DNA of 64,000 bases, from contig NC_135760.1 of assembly GCF_052425735.1 (NCBI RefSeq), forward strand, positions 124,001 to 188,000. The letters run 5' to 3'. The notes beneath the pieces were generated by a model. The model did no database searches. It was not told where the DNA came from and worked only from the letters and a program-made list of their open reading frames with translations. The stretch comes from Oculina patagonica. Its lineage: Eukaryota. Below are positions 62,478 to 64,000 of the stretch, one piece after another (within the stretch, counting starts at the first letter, position 1; every line of letters begins with the position of its first letter). Made by a program: the position numbers and the translations under genes.

Positions 62478-62652
62478 ATTATATTACTATTACTATTACT
62501 ATTACAAAGACAAAGTCAAAGTCAAAGTCAAAGTCTAAGTCTAAGTCTCATTATTAGACTTATGACTTATAGACTTATAGACTGAAAGACTTAAAGACTT
62601 AACCCTAACCCTAAACCCTAACTCCTAACCCTAGCTGAGATCTTTAACCCTA
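62478..62652. repeat. Compound microsatellites (TATTAC, AAAGTC, AGACTT) and telomere-like TAACCC repeats
   Basis: Directly visible. Confidence 0.85.
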
Positions 62653-62677
62653 GATCCCTGTTTCCCTTTTTTTGTTT

Positions 62678-63010
62678 AAGTTCAAAAGGCTCCCCCCCAC
62701 TTGGCTTGAGATTTTTTTTAAGTCCAAAAGGCTCCCCACATCCATAAGGAGAAGTGGGGAGCCTTTTCGACTTAGAAAAAATACTCACACCAAGCGGGGG
62801 GAGCCTTTTGGACTTAGAAAAAAAGTCACCCCACTTTCCAAGCGGGGGGAGCCTTTTGGACTTAGAAAAAAAAGTCACCCCACTTTCCAAGTGGGGGGAG
62901 CCTTTTGGACTTAGAAAAAAAGTCACCCCACTTTCCAAGTGGGGGGAGCCTTTTGGACTTAGAAAAAAAGTCACCCCACTTTCCAAGTGGGGGGAGCCTT
63001 TTGGACTTGG
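62678..63010. repeat. ~48 bp tandem subrepeats immediately downstream of the 28S 3' end
   Basis: GGGGGGAGCCTTTTGGACTTAGAAAAAAAGTCACCCCACTTTCCAAGT units (62893, 62941, 62989...); the first two partial units are inverted. Confidence 0.9.
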
Positions 63011-63027
63011 GCCAAAAAAAGGTGTGT

Positions 63028-63839
63028 ACAAATCTTAGAACAAAGGCTTAATCTCAGAAGATCGTAGCAACAAGGCTACTCTACAACTTACAATACCCCG
63101 TTCTTTATTTAAGTCGTCTGCAAAGGATTTATCTCCGGAAACATTAAATTTGCTATCGGTAGTGCCTTGGAGGTTCTTGTCCCCCTTGGCACCTTGGGAC
63201 GCAAAGGCCGAGGCCTTCTATTTTGTTCGCCTAAAGTTCTCCGGAGGTAATTATCGTTGCTTTCTAGCACGGATGATTAAGGCGCATAAATCCAACAGAT
63301 GTAGCTTCGCACCATCTTTTCAGCCAAGTGCAAACATGTTGATTCGGTTCCTCCGTAGAGATAGCACAACACTCATCAGTAGGGTAAAACTAACCTGTCT
63401 CCGACGCAAACCAGCTCACGTTCCTATGGTGGGTGAACAATCCACAGCCGCCGAGAAGGAAGAGCGAGAAGGAAAAAAGCAACGTCGCTATGACGCTGGC
63501 TGCCACAAGCCAGATCCCTGTGGTTCGACACCTCTAGCTAAAACCCTAAAGACAAAGGAGAGGCCACGCTTTCACGGTTGTATTCGTACTGAAAATCAAA
63601 ATCAATGATCCCTGCGAGTTCGCTGAGCTCACTTAGGACACTGCGTATATTTGACAGATGTGCCGCCCCAGCCAAACTCCCAATGACGGGGGATCGCCAC
63701 CCGGAGGGGGGAGAGAAGTGAGCGGCGCCCGCTCCACCAATAAGTAAAAAAAGAAAGAGTAGTGGTACGGCGGGGCCCCCCGCGCGAGGCACAGGCCCCC
63801 CGCTGAACAAAGTCGTTCCCTTGCTGCGGTTTCGCTAGA
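63028..63839 (-). rRNA. 28S rRNA: 28S rRNA, 3' part of the upstream repeat unit (heavily degraded)
   Basis: Conserved blocks TCGTCTGCAAAGGATT, CTCATCAGTAGGGTAAAACTAACCTGTCTC, GCCGCCCCAGCCAAACTCCC and GGTTTCGCTAG, with many deletions. Confidence 0.9.
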
Positions 63840-64000
63840 CCCATTTCACTATTGTTTGCACATTACATCCATCCATCACAGCCAGCTGATGCCACGTCAC
63901 TTGTCACGTGTTCACTCCACCATTACGCACTTGTTTACTAATCTTTTATAATCTTCTTAAGGTCACATTTTATTTTAGATTTTTAAGTTGACATAATTCG

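Larger units (their letters stand above)
59965..63027 (-). other. rDNA 5' ETS plus intergenic spacer
   Basis: Lies between the 28S 3' end and the 18S 5' end and contains subrepeats. Confidence 0.85.

Noticed and set aside
60841-63010. CRISPR-like array interpretation of the regular repeats
   Set aside because: Whole units repeat with no unique spacers, there are no cas genes, and the context is eukaryotic rDNA.
56539-63844. ORFs overlapping rDNA and IGS
   Set aside because: Spurious translations of rRNA genes and spacer repeats.
63820-64000. 28S breakpoint near the known R1/R2 retrotransposon target region (TCTAGCGAAACC), suggesting an R-element 3' junction
   Set aside because: Only 160 bp lie beyond the junction, with no retroelement tail or ORF; they resemble the intron upstream of the rDNA, and the junction is degraded.

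Overview
Eukaryotic (animal) genomic DNA. The 5.8S/ITS sequence and repeat families suggest a scleractinian coral (inference). Bases ~576-55590 hold a large, intron-rich + strand spectraplakin gene (MACF1/dystonin/shot family) that is incomplete at both ends. I traced about 46 exons with GT-AG boundaries: tandem CH1-CH2 actin-binding domain, complete plakin domain with SH3, spectrin-repeat rod, and a ~7.2 kb giant exon. The giant exon encodes ~25 copies of an EEY[VI]DE[NH][14 protein letters not shown] motif resembling the obscurin-binding segment of vertebrate ankyrins. A candidate internal first exon (23827-24474) encodes an N-terminal membrane anchor and splices in frame just before the SH3 region. 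Introns carry a 4.7 kb TTAA-flanked fold-back element, nested MITEs, a SINE and a LINE remnant. From ~56597 to ~63839 a minus-strand rDNA segment (28S 5' part, ITS2, 5.8S, ITS1, 18S, ETS, IGS subrepeats, 28S 3' part) interrupts what looks like one intron. Its degraded junctions and a degraded block in the giant exon look like assembly artefacts.
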